Shown one piece after another: positions 9,445 through 19,319 of a stretch of 64,000 nt of DNA. A program made the translations under genes and the position numbers. The DNA is from Candidatus Poribacteria bacterium (GTDB lineage Bacteria; Poribacteria; WGA-4E; PCPOR2b), in assembly GCA_965218095.1 (NCBI GenBank), contig OZ244587.1:3808001-3872000 (forward strand), written 5' to 3'. The notes below the pieces were generated by a model that worked only from the letters and a program-made list of their open reading frames with translations, had not been told where the DNA came from and did not search any database. How positions within the stretch are numbered: the stretch's first letter is position 1; each line of letters starts with the position of its first letter.

Positions 9445-10841
9445 GACTTTCCCTGTTCCCCTGCCATCCGCGTTCTGAATGCGTCCAACGATAGTTGCAC
9501 AGGCTTCTTATGACAAAACAGTGACACGTCCTCAAGGCGGCGTATCGCCCGTTGAACGTATTTCTGTTCTTTTTCGACGAGGAAGAAGAACCGTTCAAGC
9601 GACATGGCGGCACTCCCAACCGTTCCAATCCCGCCAAACGGATCAAACACCAGATCTCCTTTGAATGAGTAAAATTGGAGCACGCGCGCAGCCAACTCGA
9701 TCGGAAAGACTGCCGGGTGAATTTTATCGTTGGACGGGTTAATCTTCCAGATGTTTGTCTTTTCGTAATCCCCTTTGACTTTGCTCGCCTCAATCGTCTC
9801 GGCGTCATACTGTCTCATATTCCAGTCAATGAGCTTGTCGGTTTTCTTCCGATAGACGATGACAGATTCCGAAATAGAATTTGCCTTGTACCCCAACGGT
9901 TTGCGATGCTGAAAGAATCCACCATTTCGATTTTTCGCGCACTGCTCGGGCTTGACCCAGATAATATCTTCGATAAACTCCCATCCCATTTGTGTCAACG
10001 GTGGGTGAATGTCGAAGGGAATGGCATACCGCTTGCTTGAATGAGCACGACTCATTCGCGGAATGATAACGGGCGAGGTATTTAATACAAAAAAGCGTCC
10101 TTCCTTTGTAATGCGATGCACCGCCTTAAAAACATCCGCCAAAAACGTTAGATAGCCATCGTAGCTTGGGTAAATTGTGTAGTCACGGGCGTTGTAATAG
10201 GGTGGGGAGGTGAAGGTTAAGTGGATGGATTCGTCAGGCACATGTCTCAGTGTTTCGCGGACGTCGGCGTGAACAAGCACGTTTTTGAGGGCATCGAGGC
10301 TCAACGGATGTGTCTTGTCCCTTGTCCCTCTCTTTTGCTCAGCGTGCAGTTCTTTACGGATAGCGTCTTGAATCTCTGAGTTTGGATGATCTGTCAATGG
10401 AAGCAAAGCGGATTGAACTTCCGGCAGTTTTTTGAAGTGCAGCAGAGCGCGAATTGCTTGCAGAATGACCTTTGGATCTCCATCATGCAAAAACTGAGAA
10501 AGGACTGGGATTGCCTTTTCGGTTCGCATTCGTCCAATCGTTGAGATTGCTTCGCGGCGAGTCAACGTATTTTCTTCGCCGGTTGCCAATTCTGAAACGG
10601 CGTCAAGCCATGATGGGTCTTTCAGCTTTCCAAGATTCTTTACGGCAAGCAGGCGAATTTTGGCGTTCGGGTGGTGAAGCAGCCGCGCGAGCAAGCTGCC
10701 ATTGAAATCACGCGGCAATTTGCCCAGGGTTTCAAGAACAATTAGCAACGTTTGTTCATCACTTGTTGGCGCGAGAATTTCGGCGAAAAACGGAGCATCG
10801 CGCAAGGTTTTTTTTGTTTCGATGAATTCTTTTGTTAGCAT
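9441..10841 (-). CDS. Site-specific N4-cytosine DNA methyltransferase (beta class) with N-terminal HEAT repeats
   Basis: Catalytic TSPPY precedes SAM-binding DPFGGIGT. About 160 N-terminal aa are HEAT/PBS repeats (IRLLAVKNLGKL; RREAISTIGRM; VILQAIRAL). Confidence 0.9.
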   Translation of the reverse strand: MLTKEFIETKKTLRDAPFFAEILAPTSDEQTLLIVLETLGKLPRDFNGSLLARLLHHPNAKIRLLAVKNLGKLKDPSWLDAVSELATGEENTLTRREAISTIGRMRTEKAIPVLSQFLHDGDPKVILQAIRALLHFKKLPEVQSALLPLTDHPNSEIQDAIRKELHAEQKRGTRDKTHPLSLDALKNVLVHADVRETLRHVPDESIHLTFTSPPYYNARDYTIYPSYDGYLTFLADVFKAVHRITKEGRFFVLNTSPVIIPRMSRAHSSKRYAIPFDIHPPLTQMGWEFIEDIIWVKPEQCAKNRNGGFFQHRKPLGYKANSISESVIVYRKKTDKLIDWNMRQYDAETIEASKVKGDYEKTNIWKINPSNDKIHPAVFPIELAARVLQFYSFKGDLVFDPFGGIGTVGSAAMSLERFFFLVEKEQKYVQRAIRRLEDVSLFCHKKPVQLSLDAFRTRMAGEQGKS

Positions 10842-11476
10842 TTTGAATCGCTACAACGAAGAGCGTTTTCAAGTAGCCCCCAAAGCCGCTCGACTAAACT
10901 CGCTAACGGAAGTCCAACCACGTTGGAATAACAACCTTCGATCCGCTTGACGAAAGCCGCGCCTCGTCCCTGAATCCCGTAAGCTCCCGCCTTATCCGAT
11001 GTCTCTCCACTGCGGACATATGCTAATATCTCTGATTGATGCAATTTCCTAAAATAGACAGTCGTTTTTTCCACCCATACCACTTCGTTTTCCCGCTCGA
11101 GATCAATCAACACAACACCGGTGATCACCTCATGCCGGTTTCCGCTCAGTCGCGTTAAGATTTCGACTGCGTGCGCATCGTTCTCTGGTTTGCCAATCGG
11201 CTGTCCGTCGATGACGACAACGGTGTCTGCTCCAATGACGAGCCCTCTACTAAAGTTCACAGCAATCGTTCTTGCTTTTGTGAGAGCGAGTTCCTGGACG
11301 GCAATGGTAGGCGACATATGTGTGATGTCTGGCTCTTCCACTTGGCTCGGGCACACCTGAAATTCAAGTCCAACCTGCCTGAGGAGCTCGGCGCGTCGTG
11401 GCGACTTAGAGGCAAGTACGATATTGGGAAATACTTCGTGCAATTGGGCGCTCTCAATCATTTGAGCTGATACCAC
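10835..11476 (-). CDS. maf: Maf/YhdE nucleoside triphosphate pyrophosphatase
   Basis: Motifs LASKSPRRAELL, IGADTVV, GKP, DKAGAYGIQG, YSNVVGLP. Confidence 0.95.
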   Translation of the reverse strand: MVSAQMIESAQLHEVFPNIVLASKSPRRAELLRQVGLEFQVCPSQVEEPDITHMSPTIAVQELALTKARTIAVNFSRGLVIGADTVVVIDGQPIGKPENDAHAVEILTRLSGNRHEVITGVVLIDLERENEVVWVEKTTVYFRKLHQSEILAYVRSGETSDKAGAYGIQGRGAAFVKRIEGCYSNVVGLPLASLVERLWGLLENALRCSDSKC

Positions 11477-11748
11477 CTGACGCCGCGTTCAGTCCGCACT
11501 TGTAACAATCCAGCATCGGTGAGTTCTTTGAAGCCTTTCTGAATTTCACTCTTAGAGAAGCCAATCTGTTGCAGTCGTTGAATTAACTGAGGTGCACGAA
11601 ACCAGTCCTGATCTTTGGGGGACTGGTAGGCTTTCTTAAAAACCTCTAGTGCACCATACAAACGGAGGGCTGTTGAAGAAAGCCCCACTAAGGGGTTGGT
11701 TACACTGCAGCAAGATAGCATAATTCCCTCCTTGCCAATTGCTGGCAT
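11458..11748 (-). CDS. Small hypothetical protein, possibly winged-helix
   Basis: C-terminal SKSEIQKGFKELTDAGLLQVRTERGVRWYQL resembles a wHTH wing. Overlaps the maf start. Confidence 0.5.
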   Translation of the reverse strand: MPAIGKEGIMLSCCSVTNPLVGLSSTALRLYGALEVFKKAYQSPKDQDWFRAPQLIQRLQQIGFSKSEIQKGFKELTDAGLLQVRTERGVRWYQLK

Positions 11749-11908
11749 GTTGTATATGCGTGAAATTTACGTGCTTCGGTCAACCTCTGCAAGCCGCCAA
11801 CGCCGATCGGCGCTAACGCAGGCTTACAAGAGACCTTCAACGAAACACATACGTTTATTAAGAGGGAATCGTTTCATAAACGGGCATTACAACCTATTCC
11901 GGGTCACG

Positions 11909-13300
11909 TCATGCCTTCACCCCAATATCTTCCTTTGTCAAGCCGTAAAGCTTGTAGACGATCTGATCAATGAGTTCATCCGTTTTTTGAATGCAAACGA
12001 TCAACGGTTTGAGCTTATTAACCTTTGGTGCTAGTTAGAGACTAAATTGAGCAATCGATAAAGGCATAAACCCATCTGCGTCAGCCTCAAAGCCATTCCA
12101 CTGCACCAAGAGATTAAACAACGCCATCGTGAAAGCGAGGCGTGTTTTGAAATAGGCCCAACAACGATGCATCACTTTCTTAAAGTGGCACACCACCGTC
12201 AACATCGACAAAACAGTTTCTACCAGCATCCGACAATTCCATTCCCCTCGTCGGCACAGACGCAAGTTGGAAGGAAACCAATCGACCTTGGCAAACCCTT
12301 CATCGGCAAAAACAACCATCTGGTCACAGACCCCATCAACAAGATGTTGGAAGCGACTACCGTCGTGCACATTGGCAGTATCACAATCCCAGTCGACAAT
12401 TAGTCCAAGATGATTGAGCAGCAGACAAAGCTTCCCCCCCACAATCCAGCGTTGGTTGGATATCCCTTTCCGGCCCATTTGCTGCTCAGAACGACATTCT
12501 CGGCGGGGGTGAATCAGTTCGATACCATAACCGATGAGTGAAGGATTTGCCATGAAAATATCAGTCAGATGTTGATGATTGTTGAACAAGCGAAACAAGC
12601 GGGTTCGCTCGGGTAAATTGGGGAACCAGGGTTTGTAATTGTTTTCTATCCAGCGGTAGAAGGCTCGGTTGCCAACGCCTTTGAGTGCAAAAAGTAAGGC
12701 GAGGGTTACCACTTCAGAGGGATAGAGATTGGCTTGGGTATGCTTTTGGTTTTTCTGGTGTTGTGTGAGTTTATCATCTACACAACAGAACAATTGTGTG
12801 ATAAAATCTATAAGGGGCATGAGTCTGGATTTCCTCCCGTTAATCAAGAATTGTCTAACACTTAGATTAACGGTAGAATCGAGGAAATCGTCTCATGACC
12901 TCAATCCAGCGAGGACCAAAGCGAAGCCAGGGTGTTCTGTTATGCCCATTGACTTCCACCAAATTCCAAACTAGCACCATTGGTTATTATGGCTCGTTTG
13001 AAACTCCTGTTCGATGCGCTCCTGAAACGCTCGTCCTGATGGATCGACGTCCATCGTCTGGCGATTCTTCTTGAGGACATCAATCAACGCCTTGAGTGAT
13101 TTCTCGTAGTAGTGATGAATCGCGGTCTTGTTCTTCAATAAATCAATTGGGGCGCCGATTTCCCGATCCAGCCAGCGCAGAAAGCCACGAATCTCGTTCC
13201 CTCTCGCCTCGTTCATCTCGATCATCTTTTCCGCGAGGAAGGCGAGGAGGTTGTGGACGACATCAGATCGCTCCGGCTTCGCGGAGAGGAGATTGGGTGA
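11909..13300 (-). pseudogene. C-terminal remnant of a type IIG restriction-modification enzyme, split by IS982
   Basis: Removing the IS and one TATTA copy restores ...FQTSHNKLKPLIVCIQKTDELIDQIVYKLYGLTKEDI, a typical type IIG/TaqI-like tail. The N-terminal part is absent. Confidence 0.8.
12021..12984 (-). mobile_element. IS982-family element, transposase 12035..12820, probably inactive
   Basis: Terminal IRs ACCTTTGGTGCTAGTT / AACTAGCACCATTGGT with a TATTA direct repeat. Motifs LPERTRLFR, ANVHD, FADEGF, RMLVETVLS. The usual first catalytic Asp segment appears deleted (PSLIG-YGIELIHP). Confidence 0.85.
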
Positions 13301-13388
13301 GTGGTAATTGGTGAAACCGCCCAACCATTCACCACTCCACCACTCCACCACTCACCAAAGTCCCTAACGAATTATGACCATCCCTCGA

Positions 13389-13505
13389 TTGACATACTCC
13401 CCACGAATGAATTCGGGGGATTCTGGGCTTCAGGCAGCGACCACCTCAGTCGATTGAGGGCTTCCATCGCTTAACCCAAGCGTCGATGCCCCGACGCTTT
13501 TCTCT
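13389..13505 (-). mobile_element. Isolated right end of an IS200/IS605 (tnpB) element, omegaRNA/reRNA-like fragment
   Basis: Minus strand encodes the TnpB-like tail VGASTLGLSDG...VAA*, followed by the hairpin CCCAGAATCCCCCGAATTCATTCGTGGGGAGTATG and a terminal TCAA. Confidence 0.7.
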
Positions 13506-13523
13506 AAATCACGTTTCACACAC

Positions 13524-14756
13524 TTATCGCCATGCACGCTGAATCTTCGCAACAGCTTCCACGATGTCGTCCATGTCTTCGCGTGAACCGAGCAGGAGAT
13601 TCTGGAACAGCCAAATGCTTTCCTGGCATACCTGCTCCGTGACCGGACACGGAAGTTCACGGATTAAGCGCGGATATTTCTGAGCGGCATGCGCTATGCC
13701 AGCGTCCTTTGAAAGCGGGGAACCATATCCATTTGAACAGGGAATGCCTTCTGCGCTCAACATCTTGAGAAATTCGTCGCGCGGCTTGCCGCCGAACCCT
13801 TCTGGGTTGTACTTTGCGCAATACAGGTGATAACCGTGTTTGGTAACCCAGTGACTCAGTTTTGGCGGCGTGATGCCTTCAATTTGCTTGAGCTCCGTTG
13901 AGAGATAAGCCGCGTTTACATTTCGGAGGTCTGTTTGCGTCTCCAGCTTTTCCAGACGCGGGATGAGCAGCGCGGCAAGATATTCTGATGGGCGATAGTT
14001 CCAGCCGAGACGCGGATATTCCCATCGTGCGCCGCCAGGCACCCGTCCAACGTTCATGAAGGCGTAGACGCGATCGCTAACGTCTTTGTCATCGGTTGTC
14101 ACTATCCCGCCTTCACCCGAAGTCAGGTTTTTGGACGATTGAAAGCTGAAAGCCCCTGCATCGCCGAGTGAACCGACCTTTTTCCTTTGATATTCAGCCC
14201 CGTGTGCTTGCGCACAGTCCTCGACGATCTGAAGTCCATGTTTGTCCACGATTTGTCGCAGGGCAGCCATGTTTGCGGGGTGTCCACCCAAATGCACCGG
14301 CAAAATCGCCCGTGTGCGGTTCGGGTCAATTGCAGCCTCCATCGCAGCGGGGGCGATTGTGAAGTTATCTGGATCAATGTCCACAAACGCAATCGTGCAA
14401 TTCCGGTCAAGGGCTGCACTCGCTGTTGCGACAAAAGTGTAGTTCGGAATAATCACCTCGCCGCCATCGCCAAAACCGTCCAGATCTAGCACGCCAGTCA
14501 ACGCTGCACTGATTGCGTCCGTCCCGTGCGGCATAAACACAGCGTATTTTGTGCCGGTGTATTTGGCATACTTGTCATTAAGCTCTTCCGTTTTTTGACC
14601 GCCCAATCCTTCTGTCGCACTGAGATAGACTTTACGCAGTCTCGGTTCAATTTCTGATTCCCATTCCTCTACACTTGTCACGGGTGAAACGGGCCAAGGC
14701 TTGGCCTGCATGTCACGGACAGGAGTCCCGCCAGATATAGCTAATGTGTCTGCCAT
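13524..14756 (-). CDS. DegT/DnrJ/EryC1/StrS-family PLP aminotransferase
   Basis: Motifs PNYTFVATA, VEDCAQAHGA, FSFQSSKNLTSGEGG, GWNYR. Confidence 0.95.
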   Translation of the reverse strand: MADTLAISGGTPVRDMQAKPWPVSPVTSVEEWESEIEPRLRKVYLSATEGLGGQKTEELNDKYAKYTGTKYAVFMPHGTDAISAALTGVLDLDGFGDGGEVIIPNYTFVATASAALDRNCTIAFVDIDPDNFTIAPAAMEAAIDPNRTRAILPVHLGGHPANMAALRQIVDKHGLQIVEDCAQAHGAEYQRKKVGSLGDAGAFSFQSSKNLTSGEGGIVTTDDKDVSDRVYAFMNVGRVPGGARWEYPRLGWNYRPSEYLAALLIPRLEKLETQTDLRNVNAAYLSTELKQIEGITPPKLSHWVTKHGYHLYCAKYNPEGFGGKPRDEFLKMLSAEGIPCSNGYGSPLSKDAGIAHAAQKYPRLIRELPCPVTEQVCQESIWLFQNLLLGSREDMDDIVEAVAKIQRAWR

Positions 14757-14781
14757 AGTTTTTATATTTCCTCTGTTTTCC

Positions 14782-14816
14782 TTTACGTTTTACGTTTCAT
14801 GTTTTACGCATCATGC
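14782..14816. repeat. Degenerate heptamer tandem repeat (TTTACGT/TTCACGT family)
   Basis: tttacgt tttacgt ttcatgt tttacgc atcatgc. Related arrays occur at about 17017, 26798, 30443, 31326, 40703 and 58368. Confidence 0.7.
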
Positions 14817-14859
14817 CGTTATTATACCACGACAGAATATGAATGCCACAAGAAATTTT

Positions 14860-15768
14860 TCACGACAGCAGCCGATAAAGGTACGGCGCCAGTCCAAACA
14901 TAACACCCGCCAAAACCGTTCCGGCGACCGCGTCAACCGCGTAATGAAATCGCCCATACACCGTGCTGATGACTAGCCCTGTGCCAAATGGGCATAAGAC
15001 GGTGAAAGCGATTTGATCATAGCGGGCGGCGTAGAGGACGACAATCACGGCAATTGCACAGTGGGAACTGGGGAACGCCGTACCTTTGGATGACGCACCG
15101 GAAAGAATCGCGTGTACGAGTTTGAAAAAAAAACCGTCTGCGAGATGTCCTTTGATTTTCTCAAACTTATATCGTGGTCCCGTGACCGGCATAAAAATAA
15201 ACCAGATGAGACATAGATTAAAGGTCAGCACCTCCGCAAAAACCGCTTCGTGAAATGCCTCCTGCCTGCCTTGAAAGTAAAGCACTGCGGCAAGCGCAAC
15301 AACGATTCCGTAGTAACTGAAATAAGACAGGTGTAAAAATTCAGAAAGCATCCTTGACGGAAACCGCCCACTCAGATAAGCGCTCGGTTGTCCTTTGAAT
15401 AACCAATCTTCCCACTCCACAATTTTATCATCAAGATATCCCTGATAAACCACCTGCGTGAGCGGGAGAATCTCCCAGTAAAACAGCGGAATCGTCGCGA
15501 TTGGATACCAGTTCCGTAATATTTGCAGTGGGAGTGGTAAGGCCCCTTCGGGAATAAAACTAAGCGAGAGGAGACCCAATATAACCGCCAGATGGGTGAA
15601 TAAATAGCCCCCCCACCAACGCAAATTCTTACGAAAGATGCAGATCAGCACTCCGGTGATTGCAAGATAAAAGATCGTAATCCAGTCAGGAGGGAGGAGG
15701 AAGTTGGGGAGCGAGAAGAATTGTTCGAGAAATCTGTTCATGTTACAATAAAACGTAAAGGAGATCAT
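14860..15768 (-). CDS. PAP2-superfamily membrane phosphatase/phosphotransferase (Aur1-like)
   Basis: Multi-TM protein with PVTGPR, AFPSSH and YGRFHYAVD motifs. Confidence 0.85.
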   Translation of the reverse strand: MISFTFYCNMNRFLEQFFSLPNFLLPPDWITIFYLAITGVLICIFRKNLRWWGGYLFTHLAVILGLLSLSFIPEGALPLPLQILRNWYPIATIPLFYWEILPLTQVVYQGYLDDKIVEWEDWLFKGQPSAYLSGRFPSRMLSEFLHLSYFSYYGIVVALAAVLYFQGRQEAFHEAVFAEVLTFNLCLIWFIFMPVTGPRYKFEKIKGHLADGFFFKLVHAILSGASSKGTAFPSSHCAIAVIVVLYAARYDQIAFTVLCPFGTGLVISTVYGRFHYAVDAVAGTVLAGVMFGLAPYLYRLLS

Positions 15769-15868
15769 GGACCGAACGATCGGTGTTCGTGGACTCTTTG
15801 AATGGGATTCTGATCTCGAAGATGTGTATTAGGTATTCACCCCTGATCAAAGATCGGGGTTTCGGATC

Positions 15869-18590
15869 TCACTCCGCCCTCAACGCATCCGCTGGCTGCG
15901 TCTTGCCCATGCGCCAAGCCGGATAGACTCCCGCTAACAATGCTGCAACTAGCGCAACAATGAACGCTTGCAGGAAATATTCTGGCTGAAGGTGCATTCG
16001 CAACGTCCAGCCGAAAGAACGCAGGTTGATGATGTAGATGAGAATCACAGCGAGGACAAATCCCGTTGGCGCCGCGATTAGGCCGGCGCATCCCCCCATC
16101 AACCCCGTTTCCAGCAGCGTCAGCTTCCACAACTGCCGGCGTGTCAAACCGACGGCTCTCAGCGTACCGAGTTCTCGACTGCGCTCCAGTTGCAGGCTCA
16201 TCAGCGTGCTTAACACACCAATAAACGCCACCACCGTAGCGAGCATTTGCAGCACGGCGGTGATGCTGAAGGTGCGGTCGAAAACGGCGAGGGAGTTTTC
16301 CCGAAGTCCTCGGTTGGATCGAATCACCAATTCGACCGCGCCGGCGAATGCCCCCCGCAGTTCGTCGATCTTGGCATCCACATCTACACCGGCTTCCACA
16401 AAGAGCGCGACAGATGACAGATCGGGGTCGTCCCAGAATTGACGGTAGATGGGGTCGTGGATGAGGGCGCCGGGCCGGACATCGAAATCGTAAGCCACAG
16501 CCACAATTGAGAATCGCCGTTTGCCCCGATCTGTGAGCAGCGTCACTTCATCGCCGACGTGTAATTTAAATCGATTTGCCATCGGCTCGTTGACAATTAG
16601 CCCACCCACTTCTAACGCCCGCCAGGTGGCGAGATAATCGCCTGCCGTTGCTTTGTAGTGACGCTTCTCGCCTGCGATGTCCATGTTGACCACAACCAAT
16701 TCGAGGATGCCCAGATTGCCTGCGCTGACCTCCACCACCCGACTCGTCGCAATCCGGGCAATACCGGGGAATGTAGCCAATTTCTCCGCCACGCCGCGCT
16801 CAAGCGGTGATGTTGCCCGGCTGGAAATGAGACTCGGCGACGAGACAAAGATATCCGCCTGCAGGAGGTCTGTTAGCCAACGCTCCACCGTTAGACGGAA
16901 GCTACCGATCATCAGGCTGACGCCGACAATCACGCTGACTACCACCATCAGGGCGGCGACGGCGACGGAGGTTCGGCTCAATGAGCGAGTGATGTCACGG
17001 ATTGCCATGCGTTCTAAAACGTGAGGCGTGTTCCATATTGCGTATTGCGTAAAACGTAGCGGGGTATCCTTCCTTTCTCCGGTCTTTGACCGAGAGTCCG
17101 AGACCTTCCCTCCTTCCTTTCCTTCCCTTCTTCCCTTCTTCCCTTCCTCCCGTTCCTCGTTTCCATAATCCTGTAGTTCTATCGATGATACGCATTAACC
17201 AAAGAGTCATCGCAGGCGTTAGCAGGGCGATACCGATGATAACCGCAAAGACACCCGCAAACGTGATGCCCAAATGCCATTCGGGAAGCAGCAGGGCGGC
17301 GGCCAGTAGCAATATCCCCACGCCAACTCCGCTAACCCAGGGCAGTGCGGTATGTCCCCGTTCTTCGATATTGCTGCGCTGGAGTGCACCCGCGGGAGGA
17401 ACGCTAGTTGCCTCGTAAGCTGGCAGGAGGGCAGCCGCCAACGCCGCGCCGATACCACTAATAGCACCCTTGAACAACGTCAAGGAAGGGAAGTCGATCT
17501 CACACACCGTGACGACAAAAAAGAGATCATTGATGCTGGTTGTTACCATTTGTACGGCGCTCCGCCCCAGCAATTTTCCTAACTCAAGTCCAATCACCGT
17601 GCCGATAACGCCAAGCAGTCCAGCCTCGACCAGAATCATGGCGAAGATCTCACCTCGGGTCATACCCAGCGCACGCAGGCTGCCCAACACAGGTCGCTGC
17701 TGCACCACGCTGAAGGCAACCGTGTTATAAATCAGGAACATCCCGACCACCAGCGCAAGCAAACTGAGGGCTGTCAAGTTCAGTCGGAATGCAGCCGTCA
17801 TATCTTCCACAGCCCCGTTGCGGGCGGACGGACGCTCAATCCGGGCGCCGGGCGGAAGAATAGCGGTGATGCGTGCGAGAGTCATCGGTCCGGCTTGGCC
17901 TTTCGGAATAATCAGGTCGATCCGATCGAGCTTACCGACTTTGCCCAGCACCTCCTGAGCTGTCGCAATGTCAGTAAACAGAAGTCTATCGAGAGCGTGT
18001 CGGGGCGTGTCGTCATCTGATTTCAGCGCATCTACAATCTGCAAAACGTGACGACGGCTACCTACTTGTACCCGGATGGAATCGCCCACGTTCAGATGAT
18101 AGCGATCGGCAAGAGGCACACTGATCAGGACGGACCCCGGCTGAACCATAAACTCGCTGAATATATTGGTATCCGCAAAGCCGGTATTACCGTCACCAAG
18201 ATAAGTCCGGAAGTGAGATTCGGCGAAACTATCTACCCCCAACAAGCGCATCGGCTGTGCATCCAATTCTTCGGCGATGACGTAGCCTTCAACCACCGGT
18301 GCACTGAGCCGATAACCCAACCGACGTCGCAAAGTAACATAAACGTCCTCGTCTAAGCCGCTGGGCCCGCCGACAATCTGATGGGTAGCTTTGCCCGCCA
18401 CAGCTTCCGTGCCTAAAGCAAAGGCACGATTCGCGGAATTGTTGGCTAAGTCTATTGCGACAATCATCACCACGCCCAACCCCACACCGATGATGAAGAA
18501 GATGCTCTGCAGGGGCCGACGCCAGGCGTGTCCCCAAGCTAAAGTGATTGACAACTGAATATTGAATGTTGATTGATATTTGATTTTCAA
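15869..18590 (-). pseudogene. FtsX/MacB-type ABC permease split into two ORFs (16995..18590 and 15869..17008) by a repeat insertion
   Basis: Both halves have FtsX motifs ([10 protein letters not shown]; ELGTLRAVGLT). The junction at about 17010-17165 is purine-rich and heptamer repeat sequence that shifts the frame. Confidence 0.75.
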
Positions 18591-19285
18591 TCTTCCTTAC
18601 TGACGAGCTTACCCCCTTCGATGTGCAGCACCCGGTCAGCGCGACGCGCGATCTCTGGAGCATGGGTCGCCATCAACAGCATTTTGCCTGCATTGTGGCT
18701 CATCTCCAGTAACAGCGACAAGACAATCTCGCCGGTCTCTGTGTCCAGATTGCCGGTTGGCTCATCGGCGAGCAGCAGCAGGGGGTTATGGACGAGCGCG
18801 CGAGCGATGGCAACGCGCTGTTGCTCACCCCCACTCAGCTTGTCTGGATAGGCGTCTAGCCGATTGCCAAGCCCCACATGCTCAAGCAGCGCACCGGCTT
18901 GAGCCCGCCCCTCCCTGCCGCCAGTAAGTTCCAGCGGCAGTGTGGCGTTTTCCAGCGCCGTCAGGGTCGGGATGAGGTTGAAAAACTGGAAGATAATACC
19001 GATGTGGCGACGGCGGAAGAGCGTGCGGTGGTTTTCGTTCAGGCGAGTAATGGCGATTTCTCGATTGCCGCTTCGAATGAACACATGACCACTGCTCGGG
19101 GCATCAATACCGGAGATCAGATTGAGCAACGTGCTTTTCCCGCTGCCAGATTTACCGAGCACGCAGACGAATTCGCCTTCGTAGAATTCCTGGCTGAGTT
19201 CGTTCAACACAATTCGGCTTTGACCCGCTTCGCTATAGGCTTTGCTCAGGTGGTCTAGCCTTACCAGTGTAGAGAGTTTATTCAC
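18587..19285 (-). CDS. ABC transporter ATP-binding protein (LolD/MacB-like)
   Basis: [34 protein letters not shown]. Likely GTG start at 19285. Confidence 0.9.
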   Translation of the reverse strand: MNKLSTLVRLDHLSKAYSEAGQSRIVLNELSQEFYEGEFVCVLGKSGSGKSTLLNLISGIDAPSSGHVFIRSGNREIAITRLNENHRTLFRRRHIGIIFQFFNLIPTLTALENATLPLELTGGREGRAQAGALLEHVGLGNRLDAYPDKLSGGEQQRVAIARALVHNPLLLLADEPTGNLDTETGEIVLSLLLEMSHNAGKMLLMATHAPEIARRADRVLHIEGGKLVSKED

Positions 19286-19319
19286 ACGATTAAGTGAACT
19301 TCCACAATTCATTTCGCTC

